Assembly: GCA_002009975.1 (NCBI GenBank)
Contig: MTLP01000042.1
Coordinates: 224,001 to 288,000, forward strand
Length of the DNA stretch: 64,000 nt
Direction of reading: 5' to 3'
DNA from: Thermococcus sp. JdFR-02
GTDB taxonomy: Archaea > Methanobacteriota_B > Thermococci > Thermococcales > Thermococcaceae
Below the pieces are notes generated by a model. The model saw only the letters and a program-made list of their open reading frames with translations, made no database searches and was not told the origin of the DNA. Position numbers and translations under genes: made by a program. Each line of letters starts with the position of its first letter. Positions within the stretch are counted from its first letter, which is position 1. Positions 1-9,504 of this stretch are shown here, one piece after another.

Positions 1-121
1 AATGATGCCAGAATAGTCAATGATGATGATGGTAGTAACTCACCGCTAAGCTTGAAGAAGAAAAGTTTTCTCTAATTATGCTCTCGTTGTATCCTGTTTT
101 TATTCTTCCCTCTTTCATCAT
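1..121 (-). pseudogene. 5' end of a gene running off the window edge, apparently frameshifted
   Basis: GGTGAGG RBS precedes ATG at 121; frame MMKEGRIKTGYNESIIRENF stops after 34 codons; protein-like text continues in the other frames (FKLSGELLPS, IIIDYSGII). Confidence 0.35.
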
Positions 122-250
122 AACCTCACCTAAGGGCAAAGAATCGCAAGGGGTATATAAAGTTATCCCTAATTATTCTGGAATATTAACATCAACTCAA
201 AAAAATTTTGGAGGAAATTTGGATAAATGTTAAATTGGAAGAGCTTAATT

Positions 251-1222
251 TCATCTTTTTGCAACGGTATTGATTAGCCTAAGCAAGTAGGCATTTTCCA
301 TTGTCAATTCTGCACCTTTGTTCCTTGGAACTCCAAGTTCAATCTTCGCCCTTATTCCATGAGCTTTTAGGTACTCATGAACTTTAACACTTAAACCCTG
401 ATACTCACTCTTCTTGATTAGACCATAAACTGTCGGTCCCCAAGAGCTTTGCCCATATCCATAGGTATTTTCCTTCAAAAAGTCGAGGATAAGCTTTACA
501 TCTTCCCTAAATTCCCCACCTTGATAGCTTTCAAAGTATGCTCCAACCAAGGCTTGAATTTCACTTAAATACTTTCCAAAAGTTTCTATATCTCTCTCTT
601 TTAGTGCTGGTAAAAGCCCAAGCAAAACTTTGTGGCTTATTTCCCTTGCAATCTCAACTTTTCCGCTTATGTTTTTCATTATTGGTTTTTCCTCTTCTTC
701 ATCAAAACCCCTCTTAATCTCTGGAGTTACTATCAAAAATGCCCATTCTTCTGGGAACTCTTCTCTAACGATTAAAGGAGGAATGTCATTCCTAACACCG
801 CCATCAATGACAAAGCCACCATATTTGAAGGCATAAATCCCAGCTCCAGAATTTTTACCTCTTTTTAAAATCCTTGCTAATTCTTCAATTTCAATGCTCA
901 AATTGTTGATCTTTGCAAGTCCTAACGCAACCGCTAAGCTTAGCTGTGTTGTTGAGCCCAAACCAACATGCCTTGGAATTTCTCTTTCGACTTCTATTAA
1001 ATAGTTGAATCCAGTTCTAAACCTCTCATTTAGCTTTGAGACTGTAAATTTGATTGTTTTGACGTCTTCTCCCTTAGCTTTAATTTCAAGCCTATCATGA
1101 GGAACAAGCCTTATTTTGTATCCTCCTTCAAGTGCAACCCCTAAAGACCCGAATTTTCTCCCTAATGCACTACTTAAGTCAATTAGACCCAAGTGAAGAC
1201 GTTTTGGTGTTTCAATTATCAT
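251..1222 (-). CDS. beta-ribofuranosylaminobenzene 5'-phosphate (RFAP) synthase, GHMP kinase family
   Basis: TPKRLHLGLID N-terminus, PRHVGLGSTTQ GHMP loop, GGFVIDGG, GQSSWGPTVYG. Confidence 0.9.
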   Translation of the reverse strand: MIIETPKRLHLGLIDLSSALGRKFGSLGVALEGGYKIRLVPHDRLEIKAKGEDVKTIKFTVSKLNERFRTGFNYLIEVEREIPRHVGLGSTTQLSLAVALGLAKINNLSIEIEELARILKRGKNSGAGIYAFKYGGFVIDGGVRNDIPPLIVREEFPEEWAFLIVTPEIKRGFDEEEEKPIMKNISGKVEIAREISHKVLLGLLPALKERDIETFGKYLSEIQALVGAYFESYQGGEFREDVKLILDFLKENTYGYGQSSWGPTVYGLIKKSEYQGLSVKVHEYLKAHGIRAKIELGVPRNKGAELTMENAYLLRLINTVAKR

Positions 1223-1276
1223 TTTTTATTCACCTTCTTTTTGATTACTACACTCCTATGCTTAAACTTTTGTGTT

Positions 1277-2206
1277 TTATTGAGGTTTAAGATTATTGCT
1301 CAAATTACCCACTTTTCCTTCTCTAATGGCAGGGTATAATTGTACTAATAAAACACCACAAAAAACCATGGACATTCCCACAATCTTGTATAGAGTGAGT
1401 GTTTCTTTTAAGAAAACATATGCTAACAGCGTTATCTGTATTAGCATCGTATTTTGGAGTATTGATTGCTCATAAGCTTTGAGAGTCTTTAAAGGGTGGT
1501 TCCAGAGAACAAAAGCCAATGCAGTATTTACAACACTTAAGAATAGTATTATAATCCATCCTCTATGAGAGGGCATAGTAAGATTTCCACTAAAAATAGC
1601 CGCCCCAAAGAGCATTAGAGACCCTAATGTCATAGACCATGCAGTTAATCCAATTACATTTTCCTGATTCTTCCTAAGATAGTGCCTCATGAGAACCATA
1701 TATGTAGCCCATCCAATCCCCGAGATAAGGGTTACAACAATGCCTAATGCCTCATTAAAAATTAGTGTACTTCCAATAAAGAACACCCTAACTCCAAGCA
1801 ACACAAAAATTATCCCTAACAGCTGGATAAATGAAGGAACTTCCCTGAGAAAGATGGTACTTAAAACAACAACAAAAACAGGCGTTAAATTAAGGATAAA
1901 CGTCACAGTAATGGCGGGTAGGTAATATAAGCCCACAAACTGCAAGCCTTGAGCTATAAAGTACCCTGTAAATCCAAGAAAAATAAACCACAAAACTTGT
2001 TTTGAAGTAATTCTAACCTGCCGAATTCCATATAACCGAAATACAAAGAGTATTAAGGCAAGAGAACCTAAAAGATATCTATAAGCGGCAAAAGTTATTG
2101 GATTAAGCTCTTTGAGACCAAGCTTAATGAGGACGTAAGAAGTTGACCACAAAAATGTAACAAATAAAGCTTCAGCTAATGCATGTGTCCTTTTCATGGT
2201 ATTCAT
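1277..2206 (-). CDS. EamA/DMT family transporter
   Basis: About 10 TM helices, LWSTSYVLIKLGL and two EamA-like repeats; start trimmed from 2398 to avoid overlap with folP. Confidence 0.85.
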   Translation of the reverse strand: MNTMKRTHALAEALFVTFLWSTSYVLIKLGLKELNPITFAAYRYLLGSLALILFVFRLYGIRQVRITSKQVLWFIFLGFTGYFIAQGLQFVGLYYLPAITVTFILNLTPVFVVVLSTIFLREVPSFIQLLGIIFVLLGVRVFFIGSTLIFNEALGIVVTLISGIGWATYMVLMRHYLRKNQENVIGLTAWSMTLGSLMLFGAAIFSGNLTMPSHRGWIIILFLSVVNTALAFVLWNHPLKTLKAYEQSILQNTMLIQITLLAYVFLKETLTLYKIVGMSMVFCGVLLVQLYPAIREGKVGNLSNNLKPQ

Positions 2207-2302
2207 TAGTGTAGGCAAATTTAAAAAACTTCTCTTTTGGAGAACAATATTTTCAAAAAACTTATCAATCTCAAGAAAAAGCAAAGTTTCAGGTGATGAA
2301 CT

Positions 2303-3130
2303 ATGAAATTTGCTGGCGTTGATATAAGCGAACCAAAAATTATGGGAGTAATTAATGTTTCTCCCGAGAGCTTTTTTAAGGGGAGTGTAAAGACTCAAGA
2401 GGAAGAGCTGATTAATACAGCTTTAAAAATGATCGAAGATGGGGCTTCTTTTATTGATATTGGGGCAAAGTCAACAGCACCCTATCTTGAAACTCAAATC
2501 CCCATTGAAGAAGAAATAAGGAGAGCGGTCCAGGCAATAAAAACTATCCGTGAGCATGTGGATGTTCCAATAAGCATTGATACAACGAGTGCAAAAGTTG
2601 CTGAAGAGGCTATAAAAGCTGGTGCAGATATAATAAACGACGTTAGCGGTTTAAAAGGCGATAAAAACATGGTAAAGGTTGCAAAAGAATACGAGGTTCC
2701 AATAATCATTTGTGCCCATAAAGAAAGGGTTGAGGATTTTAGGGACCCAGTTCATGAAGTTATTGACGATTTAAAGGAGAGCCTTCAAATAGCATACAAA
2801 AATGGAATTGAGAAGGAAAAAATCGTGATTGATCCAGCAATTGGCTTTTTGAGACCAAAATATCCACCTTGGTATGAATGGGATTCAAAAATCTTGGCTA
2901 ATTTGAACATGCTCAAAATCTTTGGCTTGCCAATTTTAGTGGGTGTTTCAAGAAAGTCATTCATAGGTGCAATAACGGGAAGAAAAGACCCAATGGAAAG
3001 GCTGGCTGGTTCCTTAAGTGCTACTGCAGTTGCTGTTTTCAATGGAGCGAACATAGTTAGGACACATGATGTCAAAGAGACGTTAGATGCTGTTAAGGTC
3101 GCTTGGTTTATGAGGAAGTTTAGAATGTAA
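2303..3130 (+). CDS. folP: dihydropteroate synthase
   Basis: IMGVINVSPESF, IDIGAKST, ISIDT, INDVSG, DPAIGF, GVSRKSF, RTHDV. Confidence 0.93.
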   Translation: MKFAGVDISEPKIMGVINVSPESFFKGSVKTQEEELINTALKMIEDGASFIDIGAKSTAPYLETQIPIEEEIRRAVQAIKTIREHVDVPISIDTTSAKVAEEAIKAGADIINDVSGLKGDKNMVKVAKEYEVPIIICAHKERVEDFRDPVHEVIDDLKESLQIAYKNGIEKEKIVIDPAIGFLRPKYPPWYEWDSKILANLNMLKIFGLPILVGVSRKSFIGAITGRKDPMERLAGSLSATAVAVFNGANIVRTHDVKETLDAVKVAWFMRKFRM

Positions 3131-3133
3131 AAG

Positions 3134-3442
3134 TTATTTTTCCAACTCTTCTGCAATTTCTCTTAGTATTTTTGAGAGACAAAGCTCAACATCCTTAGTT
3201 TTGTAATATTTTCTCACAATCATTCTCTTTTCATCAAATTCAACTCGATATTCCAAAAGGCCAGCGCTCATCAATTTTCTAAGATGAGAAATTAAGAGTG
3301 GTTTTGAAATTCCTAAAAATTCTCTAAGTTCTCTGCTTGTTCGTTCTCTATTCAAGCATAACGCTAGTATCTTTAGCCTAATTGGACTGGAAAGTGCTCT
3401 GAAAACTTCCGCTCCTCTCTCTGCAATCTTTTCCTCGTTAAT
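3134..3442 (-). CDS. ArsR/SmtB family wHTH regulator with no canonical start (ATT)
   Basis: Open frame upstream of the called ORF gives INEEKIAERGAEVFRALSSPIRLKILALCLNRERTSRELREFLGISKPLLISHLRKL. Confidence 0.8.
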   Translation of the reverse strand: MNEEKIAERGAEVFRALSSPIRLKILALCLNRERTSRELREFLGISKPLLISHLRKLMSAGLLEYRVEFDEKRMIVRKYYKTKDVELCLSKILREIAEELEK

Positions 3443-3456
3443 AATAATCCCCCGCT

Positions 3457-3696
3457 TTATTCTTTAAGTTCTTCCCTAAGCTCTCTTATCTCTTTTCTAA
3501 GTAGTTTTATCTCTTCAAGCAAGCTTTCCATAACTTGCTCCATCTTAGGAACAGATTCTTTATCTCTGCTACCTTGTTGGAAGCTCACTCCAGCGTATTT
3601 TAAAAGTATACCTATCACTAATGCTCCAATTATGATAAAAATTATCCACAATATAAATTCCATCCCTGGAGGTAAAGGTGGTAATGGCATCTTCAT
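3457..3696 (-). CDS. small single-TM protein with coiled-coil tail
   Basis: Pro-rich N-terminus, one hydrophobic helix, LLEEIKLLRKEIRELREELKE; 4-nt overlap with upstream gene. Confidence 0.75.
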   Translation of the reverse strand: MKMPLPPLPPGMEFILWIIFIIIGALVIGILLKYAGVSFQQGSRDKESVPKMEQVMESLLEEIKLLRKEIRELREELKE

Positions 3697-4244
3697 CCCT
3701 CCTTTGTTAGAATTTCCCTTATTCCATGCAAGACTTCAATTGTCAAATGAGCATAAACCTTACTTTCTGTATATTGACCCTTTTCATATAAACTTCTCGA
3801 TTTTTCATAAAATCTTTCTGCTAGGTTCTCAAGTTCATCAATTTCGGTGTTTTTAGTTTGTGAAGAAATTATAAGCCTCTTAACTTCTTGAAATTCCCTA
3901 TAAGCATGCCAAAGCTCATTTTGGCTTATTTCTTGTTCTGAAGGGGGCTTTGGAGGCCGAGGGGGAGTTAGGGTATTCGACTCTGGCTGAAGCGGCATAG
4001 GTGGGTTTTGTTCTTTTATCTTTGATTCTTCTGGTAAGATTTGGGAAATTTCATTAGGAGCTGGTGGCTCTGGAGGCTGTGTTTGCAATGATTCATTTAT
4101 ATCTGGGCTTGGTGGAATTGGAGGTTGGGGAGGCAAAGATGATAACTGTGGAGGTAATTCATCTCCATTTACTGTCATGACAACTACTCCTCCAATGCCT
4201 AATACTACTAATGCTATTCCCAACTTTTTAACAGTGGTCGACAT
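3693..4244 (-). CDS. membrane-anchored proline-rich hypothetical protein
   Basis: N-terminal TM, P/Q/E-rich linker, helical C-terminal domain; GGTGA RBS. Confidence 0.75.
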   Translation of the reverse strand: MSTTVKKLGIALVVLGIGGVVVMTVNGDELPPQLSSLPPQPPIPPSPDINESLQTQPPEPPAPNEISQILPEESKIKEQNPPMPLQPESNTLTPPRPPKPPSEQEISQNELWHAYREFQEVKRLIISSQTKNTEIDELENLAERFYEKSRSLYEKGQYTESKVYAHLTIEVLHGIREILTKEG

Positions 4245-4255
4245 AAGTTTCACCA

Positions 4256-4284
4256 GGTAAACGTTTGTTTACCCACTATATAAA
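4256..4284 (-). promoter_or_regulatory. TATA box plus palindromic operator GGTAAAC-N4-GTTTACC
   Basis: Perfect 7-bp inverted repeat 4256-4273 just downstream of minus-strand TTTATATA (4277-4284). Confidence 0.6.
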
Positions 4285-4314
4285 GCTTTCGCTTAAATCT
4301 GTATCTGGGTTATT

Positions 4315-5379
4315 TCATTTAATAGTATTCCACAAAAAGTAACACAAAATTCCAACTAGGAAAGCTAAGCTGTTATATAAATGAAACTCTATGAGATAGC
4401 TGCCTGAATTAGCACAATTCTCTTTATAAAGGCGATATGAGATTACACTCGCAAGAGATCCTATCAAAGTTCCAAAACCTCCAATACTAACGCCCCAAAG
4501 CAAAGCCTTCCAATCGCTTGTAAAGTCTGCAAATAACAGGGCACTTGGAACATTGCTTATTATTTGACTTGAAAATGCAGAATAAAGAAAAACTTGAGCT
4601 GAACTTTCTAAACTAAAGCTTAAGATATGTACAAGATTGTCTGTAAAGCCGAAGAAGGCTAGGAATGTCGCCAAAAGGAAATAGTCAATAAACAAAGCCT
4701 CTACATTAAACAAGAGAGAGTAAATTATTGGTAAAATGCCAGTCTCAAGAGGCAAAACTCTTAAAACAGCTAAAACAAAGAAAATAAAGAAAACTAAATA
4801 AACGTAAGCTCTTTTATCAAATTTTTCGATTTTTCTGCCCTCTCCTTTGATATTTGCCTTCTTATATGTTATCAACAAAACGAAAGAGAGTGAGACAAAA
4901 GTAAAAGGAGCAATGGTCTTAACAAAATCCCATGGATGAATATGATAATAGTAGTAGATGAAAATGTTTTGAGGATTTCCAAATGGTGTAAGTGATGAAG
5001 CGCCATTAGCTGTTATTGTTTCTAAAATTACTAAAATAGCCTTGTTCTCAACATTAAGTACTAATGTTAAAGGAACAATTGTTAATAATGCCACATCATT
5101 TGTCACAAACATTGAGAGGAAAGCAGTTAGCAGGATTAGTTTTAATGATAGGTAGTTACCTTCTTCAAACTTAGAAGCAACACTATGGAGAAATCCACTC
5201 TTTTCTAAGCCTTTAACGATAACCAAAAAGACAAAAAGGGTATAGATTACTTTAAAATCATTTTTGGAATAAGAAGGTAGTCGTCTTGAATAAAGAGAAG
5301 ATAAGATTAACCCAATAGAAACCAAAATCAAAAGCCATTCTTCTATGAATCTCCTAATGAACATATTTTCTCTTTTCAT
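4315..5379 (-). CDS. ArsB/NhaD/SLC13-type anion permease (YbiR-like)
   Basis: SMFVTNDVAL, SSLTPFGNPQN, SQIISNVPSA, GGFGTLIGSLAS. Confidence 0.85.
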   Translation of the reverse strand: MKRENMFIRRFIEEWLLILVSIGLILSSLYSRRLPSYSKNDFKVIYTLFVFLVIVKGLEKSGFLHSVASKFEEGNYLSLKLILLTAFLSMFVTNDVALLTIVPLTLVLNVENKAILVILETITANGASSLTPFGNPQNIFIYYYYHIHPWDFVKTIAPFTFVSLSFVLLITYKKANIKGEGRKIEKFDKRAYVYLVFFIFFVLAVLRVLPLETGILPIIYSLLFNVEALFIDYFLLATFLAFFGFTDNLVHILSFSLESSAQVFLYSAFSSQIISNVPSALLFADFTSDWKALLWGVSIGGFGTLIGSLASVISYRLYKENCANSGSYLIEFHLYNSLAFLVGILCYFLWNTIK

Positions 5380-5614
5380 TAAAAACAAAATTCGACGGAT
5401 AATATTTAAATCATTCTCTCTGAAAAAGAAATTCTTCTAAATAAATAGTAATTGCTCCAAATTTTCAAACTCCAACTTTGTTTAAAATGCTAACGATTGA
5501 ATTAATTTTTTAGAAAATTTTCCTGTTCTAGGATTTATGATACATCTCTCTTAAATAGCTCCCAATAATAATATCTTTAAACATCAACTTCAAATAAATC
5601 ATCAGGTGCAGAAA

Positions 5615-6490
5615 ATGGAAAACATTGAGAGGGCGGTCAGAAATGTCCTCAGAAAGGTAAGCGAACATAGAGCACTTTATGAGAAGAACGAAGAAGCTGT
5701 AAAACAGCACTTACTTAGTGAAATATTTCAAGCGCTCAAATGGGACTGGGGAAATCCTAAGGAAGTGAGACCTGAAGAGAGGACAGAAGAAGGAAGGGCT
5801 GATTATGCTTTAATCCTAAATAATAGGGTTGTTGCCTTTGTTGAGGCAAAAAACTTGAGCGTTAATGTTCTTAAGAACGATAAACCCCTTAGACAGCTTG
5901 GAAGATACTGCTTTTTTCAAGGAGTTAAATATGGAATTCTGACGAATGGGATCGAATGGAGAGTAATCAAATCGTTTGAAGAAGGTTCAAGGCTTGAAGA
6001 TAGGGTTATTCTGAGTATAGACCTTGAGAATGAAGCAGTTGAAAGAAGTGCTTTTAAGCTTAGCTTACTTTCTAAAGACAGAATAGAAAAACTTGAAAAA
6101 CTTTCTGCTTTGTTAAAAGCTCTTGAAGTCAGTTTTGAAGAATTAAGGAGAGCTGGGTTTAAGGAAGAAGTGATAATCAACTATCTCCAAAGGGCTTCAA
6201 CTAAAGTGACCGTTGTAACCCTTGATAAACTTAAGGAAGATGAAACTCCAAAAGCCCTTTATGTATATGATAAGGGCTGGAAAGTTTTACCACTAACCGA
6301 AAAGAGCCTAAAAGGGGTTTTGCTATCTCTTCTTCTCTATCTAGCAGAAAAAAGTGAAGGAAACGAAAAAGAGGAAATTAAAAGAGCTTATGAGTATCTC
6401 AAAAAGCTCCCTCTCGAAACAGAGAAAGTTCTAAAGCTTCTGCGAGAAATTGAGAACGAGAAGGGAATTAAGATAGCTGTTGAGATCTAA
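5615..6490 (+). CDS. HsdR N-terminal-like PD-(D/E)xK nuclease domain protein, stand-alone
   Basis: NEEAVKQHL, EVRPE, RADYAL...VEAK, QLGRY, GILTNGIEW. Confidence 0.8.
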   Translation: MENIERAVRNVLRKVSEHRALYEKNEEAVKQHLLSEIFQALKWDWGNPKEVRPEERTEEGRADYALILNNRVVAFVEAKNLSVNVLKNDKPLRQLGRYCFFQGVKYGILTNGIEWRVIKSFEEGSRLEDRVILSIDLENEAVERSAFKLSLLSKDRIEKLEKLSALLKALEVSFEELRRAGFKEEVIINYLQRASTKVTVVTLDKLKEDETPKALYVYDKGWKVLPLTEKSLKGVLLSLLLYLAEKSEGNEKEEIKRAYEYLKKLPLETEKVLKLLREIENEKGIKIAVEI

Positions 6491-6491
6491 A

Positions 6492-6716
6492 TCACTTTGC
6501 ATGGATATCTACAACTTCCGCTTTTTCTAAAATCTTTTTTACAACATCGGCTTTGTCTGTGAAAACGCTAACTCTTCCATCTGGATGCTTTTTAACAATA
6601 ATATCAACCCTCTTCTCTATTGGATTTGCAAATAGAATACCAACCGGAACTTCAATTTTCTCATATCCTTCAAGCTCTAAATTCGGCAACTCCCTCAACA
6701 CAAGCTCCACTATCAT
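6492..6716 (-). CDS. small hypothetical protein
   Basis: GTGGTGA RBS, typical E/K/V/I composition. Confidence 0.7.
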   Translation of the reverse strand: MIVELVLRELPNLELEGYEKIEVPVGILFANPIEKRVDIIVKKHPDGRVSVFTDKADVVKKILEKAEVVDIHAK

Positions 6717-6868
6717 AAAAATCACCACTAATTGCTTATCTAGTCAAGTATAAACAAGTTTTGGTTCATTTGTCTAATTTCAGAGAGAAAGCTTTAAGCA
6801 GCATTGTTGAAAATGGATTACAAAGAAAAGTTTAAATAGTAAAAGCCGATTTAACCATGAGGGATAAT

Positions 6869-6955
6869 ATGAGACATGTTTTAATCTCAATAATTGTCAT
6901 TTTAACAATTACAGTTCCTCTCAATAACTCAATTAGCAAGGAGGTAGATGGATGA
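6869..6955 (+). CDS. 28-aa signal-peptide-like small ORF
   Basis: MRHVLISIIVILTITVPLNNSISKEVDG; GAGGGA RBS; TGA overlaps next ATG (ATGA). Confidence 0.4.
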   Translation: MRHVLISIIVILTITVPLNNSISKEVDG

Positions 6956-7848
6956 AAAAATTTGCCCTTTTGCTTGTTGGAATGCTTTTAATTGGCTTGG
7001 CTGCTGGATGTATTGAAAAAGAGGAATCAAAGACCTCAACAACTTCAACGACTCGAATCTCCTCAACTACATCAACAATAACTCAAACAGAAACTACACC
7101 TACCATTGAACAAGAACAGCCTGAACAAACTGTCAAGAAAGTCTACACAAGAGAGGAACTCATAAAAAAGCTAGAGGAAATCAAGAGATTCACGTTCCTT
7201 GAAAATACCAGCGTAACTTTTGATGTAAAAGTAAAGCAGGGAAATTTAACATTTAATGCTGGTGAAGTGAACATAATCACAAAGAAAGTTGGATATGTTG
7301 ATTTAGAAAATCTTGAGGCAGATATAAACACCACAACAACGATCTTTCCTGGTGGAGCATCAAGCCTTACAAGAGAGATCATAAAAGACAACAGCGTCTA
7401 TTTATATGCAAATGGGATGTGGCAGAAATTAAGCAATGAAACTTTTGGATTCTCTCCTGAACTTCTGATAAACCTAACCTGGAAGTATAATCTTGTCAGC
7501 TTTGTTAAGCTCTATCTTCAAGAAGAGCCTCAGAATGTGACCATGGCAAATGAGACTCAAGTCTATTATTACACCGTGAAAGATGAAGATTTGGAAGAAA
7601 TTGTAACTCTCTTTATGGGAATTGGAAACAACGCTAATATAACTTTCAACGTCAGCAATGGAATATTGGAGATAACCTTCAAAGATGGTATCCTTTACGG
7701 CGGCAGAGTTATGTATGAATTGGAAATCAGGATAAAAGATGTCAATGCAGAGGTCATAGAAAAAGGACAAGAATACGATGAGTTTGTAATAAAAGACATC
7801 AACGTGAAGAAGAAAGTAGAAGAGCCAAAAGAGAGTGTTAAAGCGTAA
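6952..7848 (+). CDS. lipoprotein with Thr/Ser-rich linker
   Basis: Lipobox LAAGC, T-rich linker, beta-rich body with NxT/S sequons. Confidence 0.8.
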   Translation: MKKFALLLVGMLLIGLAAGCIEKEESKTSTTSTTRISSTTSTITQTETTPTIEQEQPEQTVKKVYTREELIKKLEEIKRFTFLENTSVTFDVKVKQGNLTFNAGEVNIITKKVGYVDLENLEADINTTTTIFPGGASSLTREIIKDNSVYLYANGMWQKLSNETFGFSPELLINLTWKYNLVSFVKLYLQEEPQNVTMANETQVYYYTVKDEDLEEIVTLFMGIGNNANITFNVSNGILEITFKDGILYGGRVMYELEIRIKDVNAEVIEKGQEYDEFVIKDINVKKKVEEPKESVKA

Positions 7849-7914
7849 AGGTGTATTTGGGTCGTTTAGAAAATCTTTTATCTTTCCCTTATCTTATTTT
7901 TCTGATGTGGGACT

Positions 7915-9474
7915 ATGTGTGAGTATGTATTTAAAAATGGTAAAAAATGCCGTGATGCACCTTTAGAGGGCTCAAAGTACTGTGCCTTGCACATAAGTTT
8001 TGAGAAAGGAGAGAGATTATTCGGACGTGAAGAATTAAAAAAGCTTAAAGAAGAGGCTTTTAAAAAGAAAATTGAGAAGGGATGGCTGTATTTTGAAGGT
8101 GTTTACCTTTATGAAGCTAAGATTTCAAATGCAAAATTCAAAAAGAACATAATTTTTAACAAATCGAAGATACTCACGCTGAACATAGAGAAATCCGAGA
8201 TAGATGGTAATATCATCTGTATAAACATAAACTCCGAAAGGGTTGTAATAATTGATACAAAAGTCAAAAATATTGTTATAAGGAATTCCGAAATTTTTGG
8301 GCTTAACATTGTAAAATTGTCATTTTATGAGAACGTACTCTTGTATAACAACCAAATCCGTTATATTATGCTCAATGACTTCCATTTTGAGGGCAGAATA
8401 CCGAAAACAGAAGAAAGAGAAAGTTATTCTGAGAGGGAGTATCAACTTGGGAAAGTTGAAATTAAAAACCTCTCAAATTTAAGGCGGATTGCAGTAAACT
8501 CAAAATATCCTTACTTAGACACCCTCCTACAGCAGGAAAACATTAAATATTCTGAAATAACGAGGAAAAAATCTAAAGCGAATCTCTTCGCGCTGAGTGG
8601 AATAAAATTTGATGAAAGTCCGAAACTGAGAAGGCAGGTTAGGGTGTCTATTAGAAACGTTAGCGCTCAGCTTGTTATGGAGGATCTCTCCATTCCGGGA
8701 CACGTTTATATTGCAACAAGCAGAATTACTAGGCCTGAATTTATAAATGTGAAAATTCACAACAACCTCATCTTCAACAGGGTTTACTTTGTAAGCGATG
8801 AAATGTGGAATTTAACGGCTCTTCCAAATATTGCAACTGAAGTAACAATTAATGGATACATGCTTGTTGAGGATTGTAGGTTTAGCAACCCAGAGATTGA
8901 AGAAGCGGTTTATAAAAAAGCCAGAAAAATCTGGGAGGAGCATGGAGACAAAGAAAAGGCTGATGAGTATTTCTATCATGAAATGGTGGCGAGAAGAAAG
9001 AGGAAACTTAGAAGAGCTGGACAAAGTTTGAGAAGATTCTTAGAAAAGATTAAGCTTGGGATTATAGGCAAAATTTTTGGACGCATTTTAAAGAAACTCT
9101 CCTTTCTTCAAATCCCAAGAAAACTTCGAAAGTTGATTCTTCTCTTAGAGACATTTGCAGAATGGCTCCTGGCAGATTTAACATGCAAATATGGGACAGA
9201 TTGGAAGAGACCAATCATACTCTGGGTTTTTATGGTCAACATAGTCTTTCCAATCTTATATTACTCCACCCAAAGCGTCTATGGTAATGGAGTTCCTTTA
9301 ACATCTTTCCTCGCCTATGAATACTTTAGCATAGTAACGGCAACCACCCTCGGCTACGGTGACCTTCATCCTCTTGGCATTGGGAGGGTAATAGCCTCAA
9401 TAGAAGCAATCTTTGGAATGTTTATGTGGGCTGTATTCCTAACAGTTTTTGCTAGAAAATATATGAGACACTGA
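7915..9474 (+). CDS. potassium channel domain protein with large N-terminal beta-repeat region
   Basis: C-terminal YFSIVTATTLGYGD filter between TM helices; N-terminal Cys/His cluster. Confidence 0.85.
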   Translation: MCEYVFKNGKKCRDAPLEGSKYCALHISFEKGERLFGREELKKLKEEAFKKKIEKGWLYFEGVYLYEAKISNAKFKKNIIFNKSKILTLNIEKSEIDGNIICININSERVVIIDTKVKNIVIRNSEIFGLNIVKLSFYENVLLYNNQIRYIMLNDFHFEGRIPKTEERESYSEREYQLGKVEIKNLSNLRRIAVNSKYPYLDTLLQQENIKYSEITRKKSKANLFALSGIKFDESPKLRRQVRVSIRNVSAQLVMEDLSIPGHVYIATSRITRPEFINVKIHNNLIFNRVYFVSDEMWNLTALPNIATEVTINGYMLVEDCRFSNPEIEEAVYKKARKIWEEHGDKEKADEYFYHEMVARRKRKLRRAGQSLRRFLEKIKLGIIGKIFGRILKKLSFLQIPRKLRKLILLLETFAEWLLADLTCKYGTDWKRPIILWVFMVNIVFPILYYSTQSVYGNGVPLTSFLAYEYFSIVTATTLGYGDLHPLGIGRVIASIEAIFGMFMWAVFLTVFARKYMRH

Positions 9475-9504
9475 ATTTCTTAAAATTTTAAGGGAAATGG
9501 TTCA

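Noticed and set aside
2207-2398. N-terminal extension of the EamA ORF
   Set aside because: Overlaps folP and the divergent promoter; not protein-like.
5390-5600. AT-rich spacer as possible decayed ORF
   Set aside because: Multiple stops and no recognisable motif.
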